A stretch of 64,000 bases of DNA from the human T2T-CHM13v2.0 reference genome, Homo sapiens. Under the pieces are notes generated by a model. It was given only the letters and a program-made list of their open reading frames with translations. It searched no databases and was not told the origin of the DNA. Positions 1 to 11,408 of this stretch are shown piece after piece. The first letter of the stretch is position 1, and every line of letters starts with the position of its first letter. The DNA is taken from the NCBI RefSeq assembly GCF_009914755.1, contig NC_060926.1; one strand, given 5' to 3'. The position numbers were made by a program, and so were the translations under genes.

Positions 1-1990
1 CAGCAGGAGCAAGGAGATTGTGTCTGGGAGTGGATCCTGGTCCAGGAAGGGTGAAATGTGAAACCAGATAAGTGACGATTATTGGCAAAGGGGCAAGCTT
101 CTCTACCACAGAGTTTAACTAGCCTGGCTTGGGCCAAAGGTGATGATTCTGATATACTCCTGGGTGGCTCCTAGAGACTAAGTATAAGCCATGGTACACA
201 TTAAATCAAGTGGAAGCAGAGATACCAGAACTACTGTGGCAGAGTCTGGAAAAGTGGGTCCCAAGGATAGAGAAGTTGGTGTGCTAGAATGACTCTGCAC
301 TCTACAACTGGAGAATCCATCCATCAGGTGACTGAGTTCCTCCAAAGGGGACACTACTAATGTGTCTCAGACACTAACTAAGGTGAGAAGGAATGCACTG
401 TTGAGGGGGCAGCACATCCTTAAGAAGCTCAATGGTGGCTGTCCCCTGCAGGCTGGAATAATGCTAGGGATGTTTTATAGAACTGGATCCCCCAGTAGTG
501 AGTAAAATGATAGAGTTCCAGAATAACAGGGGCCAAGTGGCAGCATTTAACTGTGAGGACAAGATAAAGTAATTTCCGTAAGGGGCATCAACGTTAGAGT
601 GACAACTGGGAGGCCTGACCTGTAGGTGTCCATGAAGATGGCTCTTAGGACATGCTGTTCCTCTAGGCAAGACACATATTGCTTTAGACATATAATCAAA
701 AGAGATTGAAAATAGATGAGCAGAAGGCTGAGGTCAGCTATCTAAAGGTAAAGTCTTAGACCCCTTGCCCAGCTTCCAAACCTCAGCCAGTTCTCAGTGG
801 AATCCAGAACTCACTGATGGAAATGAGGGCAGTTTCTCATAAGGAAGAACCTTGTAAGTGTGCGCATCACTGATTCCCTCAAGTTTTCACGGGAGGGCTC
901 TATGGCCAAATTTTTTGAGTTACTCACATGCCGGGGAAAGGAAAATACACAGATCTTTCAAGGGATGTTGAGTACAATATCACAGTTGATGCTAATCCCT
1001 GAGGACTCAAAGCCCTTTCGTAGCCCCTGTTAGAGTAGAGTACGTGGAGGTGAGGTAATGTCCATCTCACAATGGGCCCTCTGGATCCACAGGCCACCCA
1101 GCAATCATTTCCCCATTTCCTGAATGTATAATCAGGATATACATTCATACATACATCATAAAATATAGCAATTGGCTGACCTGGTTCCTTAACCTCTGGT
1201 TTCCTAACCTATGAAATAACAATGACTGTTTTAGGGAAGGCCAAGCAGAAGCCTCTGAAACTGAAGTTTCATGGTGAAAACAAGTAAGTTAAAAGCAATA
1301 TCACATTCTTGGGGAATGATAGAGATTAGTGCCACCTACAAAGACATGGAGGAGGCAGGGGTTGTTACCCCAGTTACACCTCCATTTTAATTCAGCAGTC
1401 TGCCCTCTGGTATCTCCTGGTGGTTCATGCTGCTAAATGGCTCCTAAAACTTAACCAAGGAGTAGCCCCTATTACAGTTGCTGTGTCAAACGTGGTATCT
1501 TTATTATAACGGGTTAGCACAGCCTTAGCAAGTGATATGCAACTATTAATACGGAAATGCCACTTTTAAAGGATCCGGCAGGATGTAGGTTGAGAGGAAA
1601 TTCACATTCTCAAGGATTGGACAAGAGTATATCTTTACAGTCTTGCTCCAGGGCAAGGTGAATCCTGCTCTGTGTTACAATATAGGCTTTCTGGACACTC
1701 TGCAATACATTACATTGGTCAACTGTATTGATGACAGTATGTTCATGAGCCTGATAAGCGAGAAATGTTGACTATTCTGAATGACTTAGTAAGTCATAAA
1801 CACTGCAGATGGTGGGAGAAAAACGTTACAAAGATACAGAGATATGCCATATAGGTAAGCTTTCAGGGGTTCAATGGTCTGGAACGTGTCAGAGCATCCC
1901 CTCCAAAGCTCCAAGCTGTTGCACTTCATACCTCCTGCCACTAAGAAACCCAGAGCTTGGTGGTCCTCTCCAAGTGAGGAGAATCACCGT
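1..1990 (+). mobile_element. Degenerate ERVL-class internal region (gag-pro-RT fossil)
   Basis: Fragments translate as LNQGVAPITVAVSNVVSLL (1450), GQEYIFTVLLQG (1619) and TLVNCIDDSM (1712; YIDD degraded to CIDD), which resemble ERVL RT motifs; many stops and frameshifts. Confidence 0.75.
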
Positions 1991-2259
1991 GGTTGACATT
2001 CTGATGAAAGTGATTCTAGGCTTTGTAATGTGGTTGTGTGTTTGGGAGGCAGGGAGTGGGGAGGCAGTGGGTATACCATCTTCATAAATAAAAATGTGCT
2101 AATCAATGTTTTTCACTTAACAATATAAGATGGACATTGTCACATCAGTAAATACAGCTCTACATCATCTGTGCCTTACCTTTCATTTATCCTCAAAACT
2201 GGATGACAGTTGGCTCTTTGATTATTTTTGGTCTGGTAAGCATAGTAATTTGTACTGAG

Positions 2260-2480
2260 GGGCAGCACAGACTAGCATTCAGTAGCACAGCCTCTGTAAG
2301 TGGAAGCCCAGTTCCTGCACTTCTCCACTTGCTGACGGTGTGTCCTTGGGCAACCTACTCATCCTTCCCCTGTACTGTTTCATCTGTAAAAAGGAGATAC
2401 TAGTAGTAAATAGCTCACTGGATTATTGTGAGGATTAAAGAGTTAATATTTATTATGCACTTAGAAAGTGCTGGCCCTCC
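2260..2480 (+). mobile_element. MIR SINE
   Basis: core 'gtgtccttgggcaacc...catctgtaaaaaggaga...ttgtgaggattaaagag'. Confidence 0.7.
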
Positions 2481-2564
2481 ATGCAATACATATGTAATAA
2501 ACAAGCAAACTTAAAAGATTAACATAAACACCTTTGTATCAATTCAGGCTCTTTGCTGTCAAGA

Positions 2565-3400
2565 AAAACCCAATATATACCCAAAAGAATAGAAATCATT
2601 CTATGATAAAGATACATGCATGTGTGTATTCATTGCAGCACTATTCACAATAGCAAAAACATTCAATCAACCCAAATGCACATCAGTGATAGACTGGATA
2701 AAGAAAATGTGGTACATATACACCATGGAATACTATACAGCCATAAAAAGAAACTAGATCATGTCCTTTGCAGGGGCATGGATGGAGCTCGAAGCCATTA
2801 TCCTTAGCAAACTAATGCAGGAACAGAAAATCAAGTACCATATGTTCTCACTTGTAAGTGGGAGCTGAACAACGAGAACACATGGACATAGGGAGGGGAA
2901 CAACACACTGGGGACTGTTGTTGGGGGCAGGGGAAGAGAGAGGATCAGGATAAATAGCTAATGCATGCAGGGCTTCATATCTTGGTGATGGGTTGATAGG
3001 TGGTGCAAACCACCATGGCACACATTTACCTGTGTAACAAACCTGCACGTCCTGCACATGTATCCCAGAGCTTAAAATTAAATTAAATTTAGAAAAAAAA
3101 AGAAAAGAATCCAATCACAAAAGACCACATAATTTATTATTCCATTTATATGAAATGTTTAGAATAGGTAAATCCATAGAGACAGAAAGTAGATTGATTG
3201 GTGGTTGCCTAATGCTGGGAGGTTGAGGGGAAATGGGTATGTGGTTTCTTTTTATGGTGACAAAAATGTTCTGAAATTGATTGTGGTGATGTTAAAAAGC
3301 CCTATGAACATACTACATAAATTTGAATTGTACAATTTAAATGGGTAAATCGTATGGTATGTTAATTGTATCTCAATAAAGCTGTTAAAAAAATAAAAAA
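2565..3400 (+). mobile_element. L1 3' ends (L1PA/PB-like about 2565-3105, then older L1M about 3110-3400)
   Basis: L1 ORF2 C-terminal/3'UTR motifs 'gaaaatgtggtacatatacaccatggaatacta', 'aacaaacctgcacgtcctgcacatgtatccc'; A-rich tails. Confidence 0.85.
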
Positions 3401-6400
3401 GAGAGAGACCCAATTTATCTAGGGTAGACAAAAGTTACTTCGATGATGATATCACAGTGCCTCACAGAAAGGGCCGGAAGGCAGGGTTACAGAGTTGGCA
3501 AATGGCCCTGGAAAAGGGCAGGAATCAGAGCATTTCCAGGCAATCATGCAACAGGAATGACACAGCCATTCCCTAAGGATGTTAAGATTTTACTAAATGT
3601 TGTTGTTGATTTTTTTAACCTCTCACAATACTTCACTCAAAAGCTCAACTCCCCCCAAACAGCATCTGGCTGGCCTGGCCTGCTCAATGGCCAGCATTGT
3701 GATTAACAGCCCCTCACTCCTACACCCAGAAGGGAGAGCTCCTTCACCCAAAGGAACCAGGGACTGTTAGGCAAGGGGGATGGAGGAGGCTGGACAGCCA
3801 AGGAAATCACAGCTGACTGAGGAAACCCACCTGGGACACTCACAGCCTAGACCACTGCTGTCTAATGGAGGAATAGGGGCAATTCCAGGCCAGTCAGAGA
3901 GGTGGAATTGCTGGGGGATGCCAAGTTCCTTGGGTACACAGGAGCAGGTAACTGTTTCGCCATTGTCCTGTGCTGCGGAGGCAAAGACTGAGTTGGTCAC
4001 TGTTCATCTGACATGAAACTACCCCTTACTACATTATATCAACACCGAGATATTTCTCTCCTGAAATATTTGTTCACATTTTCCCCTGAACCCCGTGGTG
4101 TGTGGGACTGAAAGAGTCTACACTGGTTCATACAAGGACGGCACACTCCATGGTCGTGTAGTGTGGCCCCAGGAATGTTAAGCTGGAAACTAGGGTATGG
4201 TGTGTTCAGGGAAGGGGGTGACTCCTCTGCTGAGACACTTGATTACATCTTTAACTGTGTCCTGCTGGAGCTGCTGGGAAGGTGGGTAGGACCACTTTCC
4301 ATCCCCTGATCACCTCATCCTCCAGAGGGTTCATCCACAGTTGCCTGAGTCTGGATGGGGAGGAGGATGTAGGATCTCAGCCTTGAGATCTCAGGACCTT
4401 GAGTCTTGGCCATATAATGATGTAGCCACCACTTCTGGCTCTCTCTGGTGTCTGTTTTCACTCCTCTGAGTCTCACAGAATGGGATTGTGCCCATGACTG
4501 GTGCACTCTGCATGCCAGTGGATAGGTCTGCTCTTAGATGTTTTTGTAACGTCTGTGTCAGTACATGTGGCCCAGAGTGCTGTACAGGAGCTGGCTGGTG
4601 CTTTTTGTTTTGTGCTTATTCAGGAAATACAAGAAATAACTCCTGGGTTCCTGCATTGTGCCATTGTCTGAATGATAAATGGTAAATCCCGGCCCCACTT
4701 CCTCATGCACCCCCCAGTGGGGAAGCACCTAATTTCCAATTCTGGATTCTTACAAGCACAGCTCAAGACTATCATTATTGTCATCACAGCTCAGCCTGGA
4801 ATCCAGGCTCTGGGATAAATGTGAGCCCCTCACTTCCATAGCTCCACATTCAATGGGCTGAACACCCTTTAGAATTATTCATGAGAGAGGGTGTGATAGA
4901 CCATAGATGGTATGGGCAGAGGGGTCTCCAATTCTCTCTGGAAAGGAGAGTGTCACCTACTAGACTGAGTCCACTGGCCATTCCCAAGTGGCTAATAGCT
5001 GCAGAAATGGATCTACGTCAGGGAACACTTTATTCCCTTATACACCAAGAAAATGGATCAGTAGCAGATGAGATGAATGAGTTTCCAACTTCAATGCCAT
5101 TGTTTTGGAAACCAGCAAAACTGTGCCAGTATGTTGCCCAGAAAAACATCAGACCAGAACACCCTGGAAGCCATCTGCTCCCCAAAAAACTATTCTACCT
5201 GGCAGTTTTATAGCCCACCTGCCCCTGAGAGCCTTATCCCAAGGTAAGACACAGGATATCCAGCAAAACCTGGTTCCCAGGGCCACTTCATGACCTGGCC
5301 GGACCAGGCGGTCATCCTGTGTTAGTGGGCTGGGGCCCCATAGGATGTCAACCTGTTCCCTGAGCACAGCATTTGTACCCATGAGAAACAGGTGCACCAG
5401 TTAGGAGAAATGCACAGGGCTGTCCCACCAGTTCTGGAGTCATCCTTGGCCCTGGGAAGAGCTCATTAGACTTTATTTTGGATTTCCCCTAGAGCAGATG
5501 TTATGACTGACAGTCTAACAAGACCCACCTCATCCTCAAAACAGGGTCTTCTCAGCCCTTGCTAGGCAAAGGTGCCCTGGGAGAGCCCCCCAGTGCTCTG
5601 GTCAGCTGTCTCCCACCCACATTTCCAGGAGGAGCACCTGTGGAAAGGCAGACTCCACCCCTTCCCTGCACATCTCCGCCAGACAATGGTTGGCAGATGG
5701 GCATTGGCCTTTGCTGGAACTGTACCTCCTGTCTCATAACCTGTCTCGTAACCACTAAATCTTCATGAAGCTACACTTTCCAACCCTGCGCTTCCTTTAT
5801 TCTGTTCAGCAATACTGAGGAACCTGCCAGGGACCCTCCTCTTCATAGAAGCACCCACTTGCAAGCCCAAAGAAGCAGAAGCTGCTGCCCAGCAGGTGCT
5901 GGTGGAGACCATCTGGAGGGGCCACCAGGTATCTCCTTCCCTCGCCACACATGCATCACCTGGCAGTCCTAAGATCTAGGACAGTCTGCGGGCCATTCCA
6001 GCTCACCATGGTAAAAGTAATAGACATATGGAGGTTTGCAGAAACATTAGGAGTGCAGACTTGGTAAAAGGCTGCATTGTTCATTCAAGCCTTTCCTGGC
6101 TCCAGCCCCAGCCACCAGGCTCCCTCCGCTCCTGGTGGTGTTCAGCCCTGCCTCCTTGGCACCCTGAGGCTCACAAGGAGACCCCAGGCCGACCACAGCT
6201 CGAAAGACATTCCTCCTCCTTTCTGAGGGTAGGTCTGACCCCGCAGCCTTAGTTCCATGCTTGTGGAGGCATCCAACATGGAGCTGCCTGGTTCCATATG
6301 TCAGGTGACAGCCCCAAGTCTAACGGGGACCCACTGGTGAACACAGGAAGGTGCCACCAGGAATCCCCAGAATGTGAAACATAGTGAGCCTGTAGGGTCG

Positions 6401-6428
6401 TTCTGTTGCAGTCCAGCAGTTGGGGCTC

Positions 6429-6447
6429 AAAGTGAAACGAAAGGGAA
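6429..6447. promoter_or_regulatory. IRF-binding array
   Basis: AAAGTGAAACGAAAGGGAA (repeated GAAA cores). Confidence 0.55.
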
Positions 6448-6979
6448 GGTGAAGCCCCCTCTCCCTCACTCAGGGAGACTGGGTTTCGGGGTGGGGGGCA
6501 TTGACAAACTTCTGTGCATGAAACGCACTTCTCTGAAGTCTCGTGTCTTCTAATTCACTCCATGCCACCCGTTTTTGCCGTTTGCCCACTATTTTTTAAT
6601 CCTTTCAACTGCTCAGCATCGAGTCATATCAGTGTGCCCCGCAAGGACAGCAGGAGTGTCCTGCAGGGCCTTAGGGTGCGGGGCAGGCTTAAGGGCTTCA
6701 GCCTCCGGGGAGGTGCAGAAGGCAGGGCGGCTTGTGGCTCCGGACGGAATGAAACTCTTAGGGAAGAGGACAGAGACCAGGAGGAGCGAAGGGCAGAGTC
6801 CCCCGCCCCTCACGGGCTGAACAGAGGGCAGGCGGCGACCCGGTGGTGCTCGTGAGCTGCCAGAGGGCAAAATGATCTCAGAACCCAGACCTTACATGGG
6901 TTCGACTTTATTTAGAAGGAACTACGGCTCTTCTACCACACAATTCGAAGTGTTTGGTGAGCTAGAATCCCGATAAGAG

Positions 6980-7290
6980 GAGGATTTTCGGTTTCTGTTT
7001 CTGCCCAGCCCTGAAGAGGCTGCAGCGCTACGCGCTGCCGGGAGACTGGGCGCCGGCCGGGCGGGGGCGGAGCCCGGAGGAGCGCGGGGCGGCCGCGGGA
7101 ACGGGAACGCGGGAGGCGGACACGGGGGATGGCGATCACCGACCCCTGCTCGTTGCGCGTGCTCACGGTGTGTCCGTGGCGGGCCTCGCCGGCTAGGTGG
7201 CCTCGGAAAGGAGGCATGAGGTGGCGTCCATGGGCCACCAGGACCCTGTGCTGTCCGTCAGTTACCAGGGGACAGGGATCTGCGGATGTT
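6980..7290. promoter_or_regulatory. CpG island with GC boxes and an upstream triple ISRE
   Basis: Dense CpG/GC (NotI site 7089-7096, GGGCGG boxes); TTTCGGTTTCTGTTTC at 6986-7001. Confidence 0.7.
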
Positions 7291-8379
7291 CATCTGCGGA
7301 TACAACAGGGGCTCAGCTGAAGGACCCTGCGTGATGATGCGGACTCAGGGGTGGCCCTGGGCCAGTCGGTTTCTTCCTGGTGCTGCACAAGGACTGAGGG
7401 CGTCCTCCGGATTTCTCATGAATGGTCCCCACCTTCAGAAGGTGGCCAGAGGGACTTCCTGTGTTGTCCAATGCTCCCCTTGTCTTTCTGACTCCCTACA
7501 ATCCTTCACCCATAGCCTCTTTAGGCCAGTCACTGAGGCTCTGCTGAGCAGGGGACCCTGGTGAGTGGGCCAGGGAGGATCAGACCAGCCTGGTCTCACC
7601 CAACTTCCTAAAAGCTGAAATATTGCTACCAAATGCCCGCTGAGCCCGGGGGATAATTGCATCACAATCATGCAATTGCAAGGAGCTATGACCCCAGCCT
7701 CTACCCATCTGCGGCACAGATAGAAAAGAACCTCAGAAGAGAGATGTATACCCATGTGCTTGAACCCTTTGAAATATAGGCAAAATGGAGAGACAGACGG
7801 CGATCAAAATACCAGCTTTATTCCGGATAAAAGCTGGATTGGGGATGTGGCTTAGATATGTGGCAGTAAAGGGACCCCTAACACTGAACTCCAGAATTGG
7901 GCTTATCCGCATGGCCTCAGGCTGTTCCAACTCTCCCCCACGCTATGCAGGCCCCTGTCCTTGTGCACTTGAGCTTGGAGGAGCCAACAGAGTCTTGGTC
8001 TCTGCAGGCAGGATGACTCCAGGGACACCCAGCAAAGAGCAGGCTCACTCCCACTCCCAGTCAGAGAAGCGTCCCCTAGAAGATGGGCGGGGACCGGAAG
8101 GGACCGGGCCTTGACTGATTGATGTTCCACCTCCTAGAAGGAGACAGTTCGGCAGGACTGGGTGCTCCCACTAAAGATCCCAGGCGCCTGCCCTTCACTC
8201 GTCACTTCTACGTCCCTTGGAGGGTGGCCAGGTTCTCTATTCTCATGCCCCAGTGGCACTGTTCCTGTAGCTGCCTCCTGCCCTGAAACTCTCTGGTCCA
8301 TGATGCCAATGACCTCATCTCAGGTACAGACCTCTGGTTCTCACATGGGGGTCCCAGGTTGAAGAATCACCCCCCACCA

Positions 8380-9086
8380 TGTTACCAGTAGAGGGTCTTG
8401 ACTGCAAGTTGTCCAGGTTCTTGGCGTTTTGAACAAAGAATTGGACAAAGCGCACAGCAAAGCAAGAAAAGAATGAAGCAACAAAAGAACGAAAGCAGGG
8501 ATTTATTGAAAATAGAAGTACACTCCACAGTGTGGGAGCAGGCCCAAGCAGTATTCAACGGTCCCGCATACAGAATCTTCTCTGGTCCAAATACCCCCTG
8601 GAGGTTTCCCATTGACCACTTGGTGCTCACCTCATGTAAATGAAGTGGCGGCCTGCAATCAGTCTGATTGGTTGAGGAAAGCAACCAACCAGAGGCTGAA
8701 GTGAAGTTACAAAGGTCACACTCCTGTGCAAACATCTCATTGGTTGCAGAAAGCAACCAATCAGAGGCTAAAGTGAAATTACAAAGTTGTACTTCTATGC
8801 AAAGGAAGACTTGGCCTGCAATCAGTCTGATTGGTTGCAGACAGCAACCCATCAGAGGCTGAAGTAAAGTTACAAAGTTACACTCCTATGCAAAAAACAA
8901 CTATACACAGGTACTTTCCATTTCCCATTGCCCCACAGAAAAGGTGGGGGTTTGCAAAGGGAGTAGCCTCTGGACCTTTTGTTACTTAGGCATGGAAAGT
9001 TAGGGTTTTCCTTTCAATTTAGTTCTAGGAAGTTAGCATGAAATGGCCTTAGGTTCCCTGCCTCCAGACCCTATTCTCCTGCCTCA
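8380..9086 (-). mobile_element. Solo ERV1 LTR, MER51-like
   Basis: TG...CA ends; minus strand starts TGAGGCAGGAGAATAGGGTCTGGAGGCAGGGAACC; flanks acca/ccca (near-TSD); internal tandem CCAAT-containing repeats 8652-8895. Confidence 0.8.
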
Positions 9087-9886
9087 CCCACACCACTGAA
9101 GTCTGAACTGAAGCTGCTCTTGGTGAAATGTAAGAGGCCCATCATCTGGCTGGGTGCCCTGCCTGTGGTCCTTCCTCAATCACTGCCTCCCCTGCTTTTG
9201 AGTTTTCCAGGCTCCAGTAACTGGAACTACTTCTTGACAACAGAAATATTCCCTATTGCCTGTGCTCCTTGCAGCCATGGAAAATGCCCCAGGAGTTCCA
9301 TTATTTCCTTCTAAACAGTCCAGCAGGATTTTTAGCTCACATGTCTTCTTAATGTGGTCCCGTCCCTTTCCCAACCCCAGTGTGTCTGACATTGTTTTCT
9401 GGATCAGAGAAACTTTGCTTTCTTCACAGAGGCCTACAGATTCTCCATATACCAGCGGAGCATGGTGCATGCTCATCTGTCTCCAACCTCATCTGATGAG
9501 AACATCTCCTTCCCTGCTGCCAGGAGGTGCCCCAGCATGGGCATGTCTGCCCGTGAAGTTCAACCCGTAAGGAATTCCCTGCCAGCCTGTGGCTCATTGG
9601 TCTGGAATTCCAGGTGCTGCTCTTAGTAGCCCCTAAGCACATCCAGGGAAAAGCTGGCACGTTTATGTCAGTGCCACTCAATGGCCTGAGCCTGCCTGCT
9701 GCCCAGAGGCAGCGAGAGGGGAGAACGTGAACCACACCAAAGCATACTGTGTGGTCCATGCCAGGACTTCTTGGGACCAATGTGCCTCATGGAGACTGGG
9801 ATCAAAGGACAGCTGTGCCCAAAAGAGGCTCAGCTTACCAGCCCTTCAGCCCCATAAAGTCGGGGAGTCATGGGGGGTAGGAAGAA

Positions 9887-9942
9887 TGAGAGAAAGAGAG
9901 AGAGACCTACAGGTGAGAGAAAGAGAGAGAGACCTACAGGTG
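9887..9942 (+). repeat. Exact 27-bp tandem duplication
   Basis: TGAGAGAAAGAGAGAGAGACCTACAGG x2. Confidence 0.9.
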
Positions 9943-10721
9943 TGCAGTGCCTGATAGAAACAGTGACCTTCGCCCACCGGCAAAGCTGTCCTCACCAATG
10001 TCCTGGTGCCTGGTCATTCACTCATGGGGAAAAGAAGAGCAGAAGTAGAGTGAGGGTAGAAAGCCCCTTCCCCCACATTTTCAAATGTACCTGGACAAGC
10101 ATCCTTATTCACAGCTGGAAGAAGTTGGATTCAGTAGAATGCCATTTGGAAAACACCGTTCTGAAGTGCCATCCCCTCTGGCCCCTGAATCCTCACCAGC
10201 TTCCACCCTCTGCTCACCTTGGGCCCTGGATTCCAGCGCCCCCAGGCTCCCAGCTGCCTCCCTGTCTCTGCCCCATGGTCCGGCCTGGAGTTCTGGTCCC
10301 TGGTTGTGTCCTGTGGCCCCATTCTCATGCGCCCTTTGCTTCTGTTTCTTTACCTATGACTTTATACTGATGTAAAGCGAGTCTTCTCGGTCGCTTCTTG
10401 TTCTCTGAGGAATGATGAATCAGAATCTAAATGGAAAATCTGGGCAGAGATAGAACCTCCCGCGGGAGCCACCCTGCCCTTCCATGTCTAGATCATCTGG
10501 GTTCCAACCTCCATCCTCCTCCAATGAGAAGCTTTTGTTCTCTCAAGATTCCAGTGACTTCTCCGAAGCTTAGGTGTCTCTTCACCCCTGGCTGTTCCAA
10601 GGCGGCCCCATAGTCAAGATTCCTTAAACCCTTGCCCCTTAAAATGTTTGCCTTTCTTACCATGCTGGCTCCAGCCTCTGGTCCCAGGGGTGTGGAGAGT
10701 TCTCTCTTACTTCTGGCTGAT

Positions 10722-10730
10722 TTCCAGGAA
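10722..10730. promoter_or_regulatory. GAS (STAT) element; a second TTCTCCGAA lies at 10559-10567
   Basis: TTCCAGGAA = TTCnnnGAA consensus at -655 from the ATG. Confidence 0.7.
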
Positions 10731-11214
10731 GGCTAAGCACACTCTCCCCAGGTTATAATGCTGAGCATTTTGGTTCTCTCCAGCCCTGGGTCCCAATGTC
10801 AGGACCTACCTTAGTCCAGTCCATGCTCTCCCATGGGCCTGAGAGAAGATTTGAGGTTTCTGGCTTTCCCTCCAACCCTCCAACTCCCACCCCAAGCCAT
10901 GTCAGCAAGGGGAAGGGGCAAACATGGAGTTTCCCCCCCAACTCCCATGTAAACTATGCCCCCTCTTAGAGGGCAGAGCAGCTAAGGACAATTTTGTTTC
11001 AAGGACATTTTTTTTGGCTGTGTATTGCACAAACAAGTGGACACCCGGGAGCTGGCCCTGCTCGTCCCCTGGGCCCTCCTTCCCTGGTCCTGCAGGTCTT
11101 GCTGCTTGTCAGGCCTCTCCTCCAACCCTCTGCCACATTTCAGAAAAGCTGAGAATCCCTTGGAGTGAAAAAGGAGGAGAAACACAGTGTCCGTAGCCCA
11201 GAAGGAGGTTAAAT

Positions 11215-11228
11215 ACTTTCACTTCTCT
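11215..11228. promoter_or_regulatory. ISRE/IRF element of the SP100 promoter
   Basis: ACTTTCACTTCTCT at -162 from the ATG; fits the IRF TTTCnnTTYC pattern and the known IFN inducibility of SP100. Confidence 0.85.
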
Positions 11229-11239
11229 TTTCCCCATTT

Positions 11240-11281
11240 GGGCGGAGCCCTTTCTGAGTCAGTCTGTCGGCCGACTTCCTG
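11240..11281. promoter_or_regulatory. Proximal promoter cluster: GC box, AP-1, ETS
   Basis: GGGCGG 11240-11245, TGAGTCA 11255-11261, ACTTCCTG 11274-11281; no TATA box evident. Confidence 0.65.
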
Positions 11282-11376
11282 CTTGGGGCCTGGGCAGCCA
11301 CACTGCACGCAGGCTGGGCCGACTGAGGGGCTCAGAGGCCAGGCTCTGAGGCCCACGCAGGGCCTAGGGTGGGAAG

Positions 11377-11408
11377 ATGGCAGGTGGGGGCGGCGACCTG
11401 AGCACCAG
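11377..11408 (+). CDS. SP100: SP100 exon 1 coding part (MAGGGGDLST-R)
   Basis: aagATGG strong Kozak context; donor AG|gtgagt at 11409; 32 nt. Confidence 0.95.

Noticed and set aside
1-1990. Functional or domesticated reverse transcriptase
   Set aside because: YIDD is degraded to CIDD and the frame has many stops and frameshifts; no long ORF.
3790-6400. Possible minus-strand ERVL-type internal relic or unknown gene
   Set aside because: The composition is suggestive, but I could not read a diagnostic motif or a consistent exon structure; it needs RepeatMasker.
8382-8862. ORFs of 156, 81 and 64 aa with internal repeats
   Set aside because: They lie entirely within the MER51-like LTR and its tandem repeats.
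8652-8895. CRISPR-like repeat-spacer array
   Set aside because: Mammalian DNA; the repeats are tandem LTR-internal units without unique spacers or cas genes.
9870-10370. 166-aa ORF upstream of SP100
   Set aside because: It starts in a GA-rich duplication, is low-complexity and Pro-rich, and has no recognisable domain.
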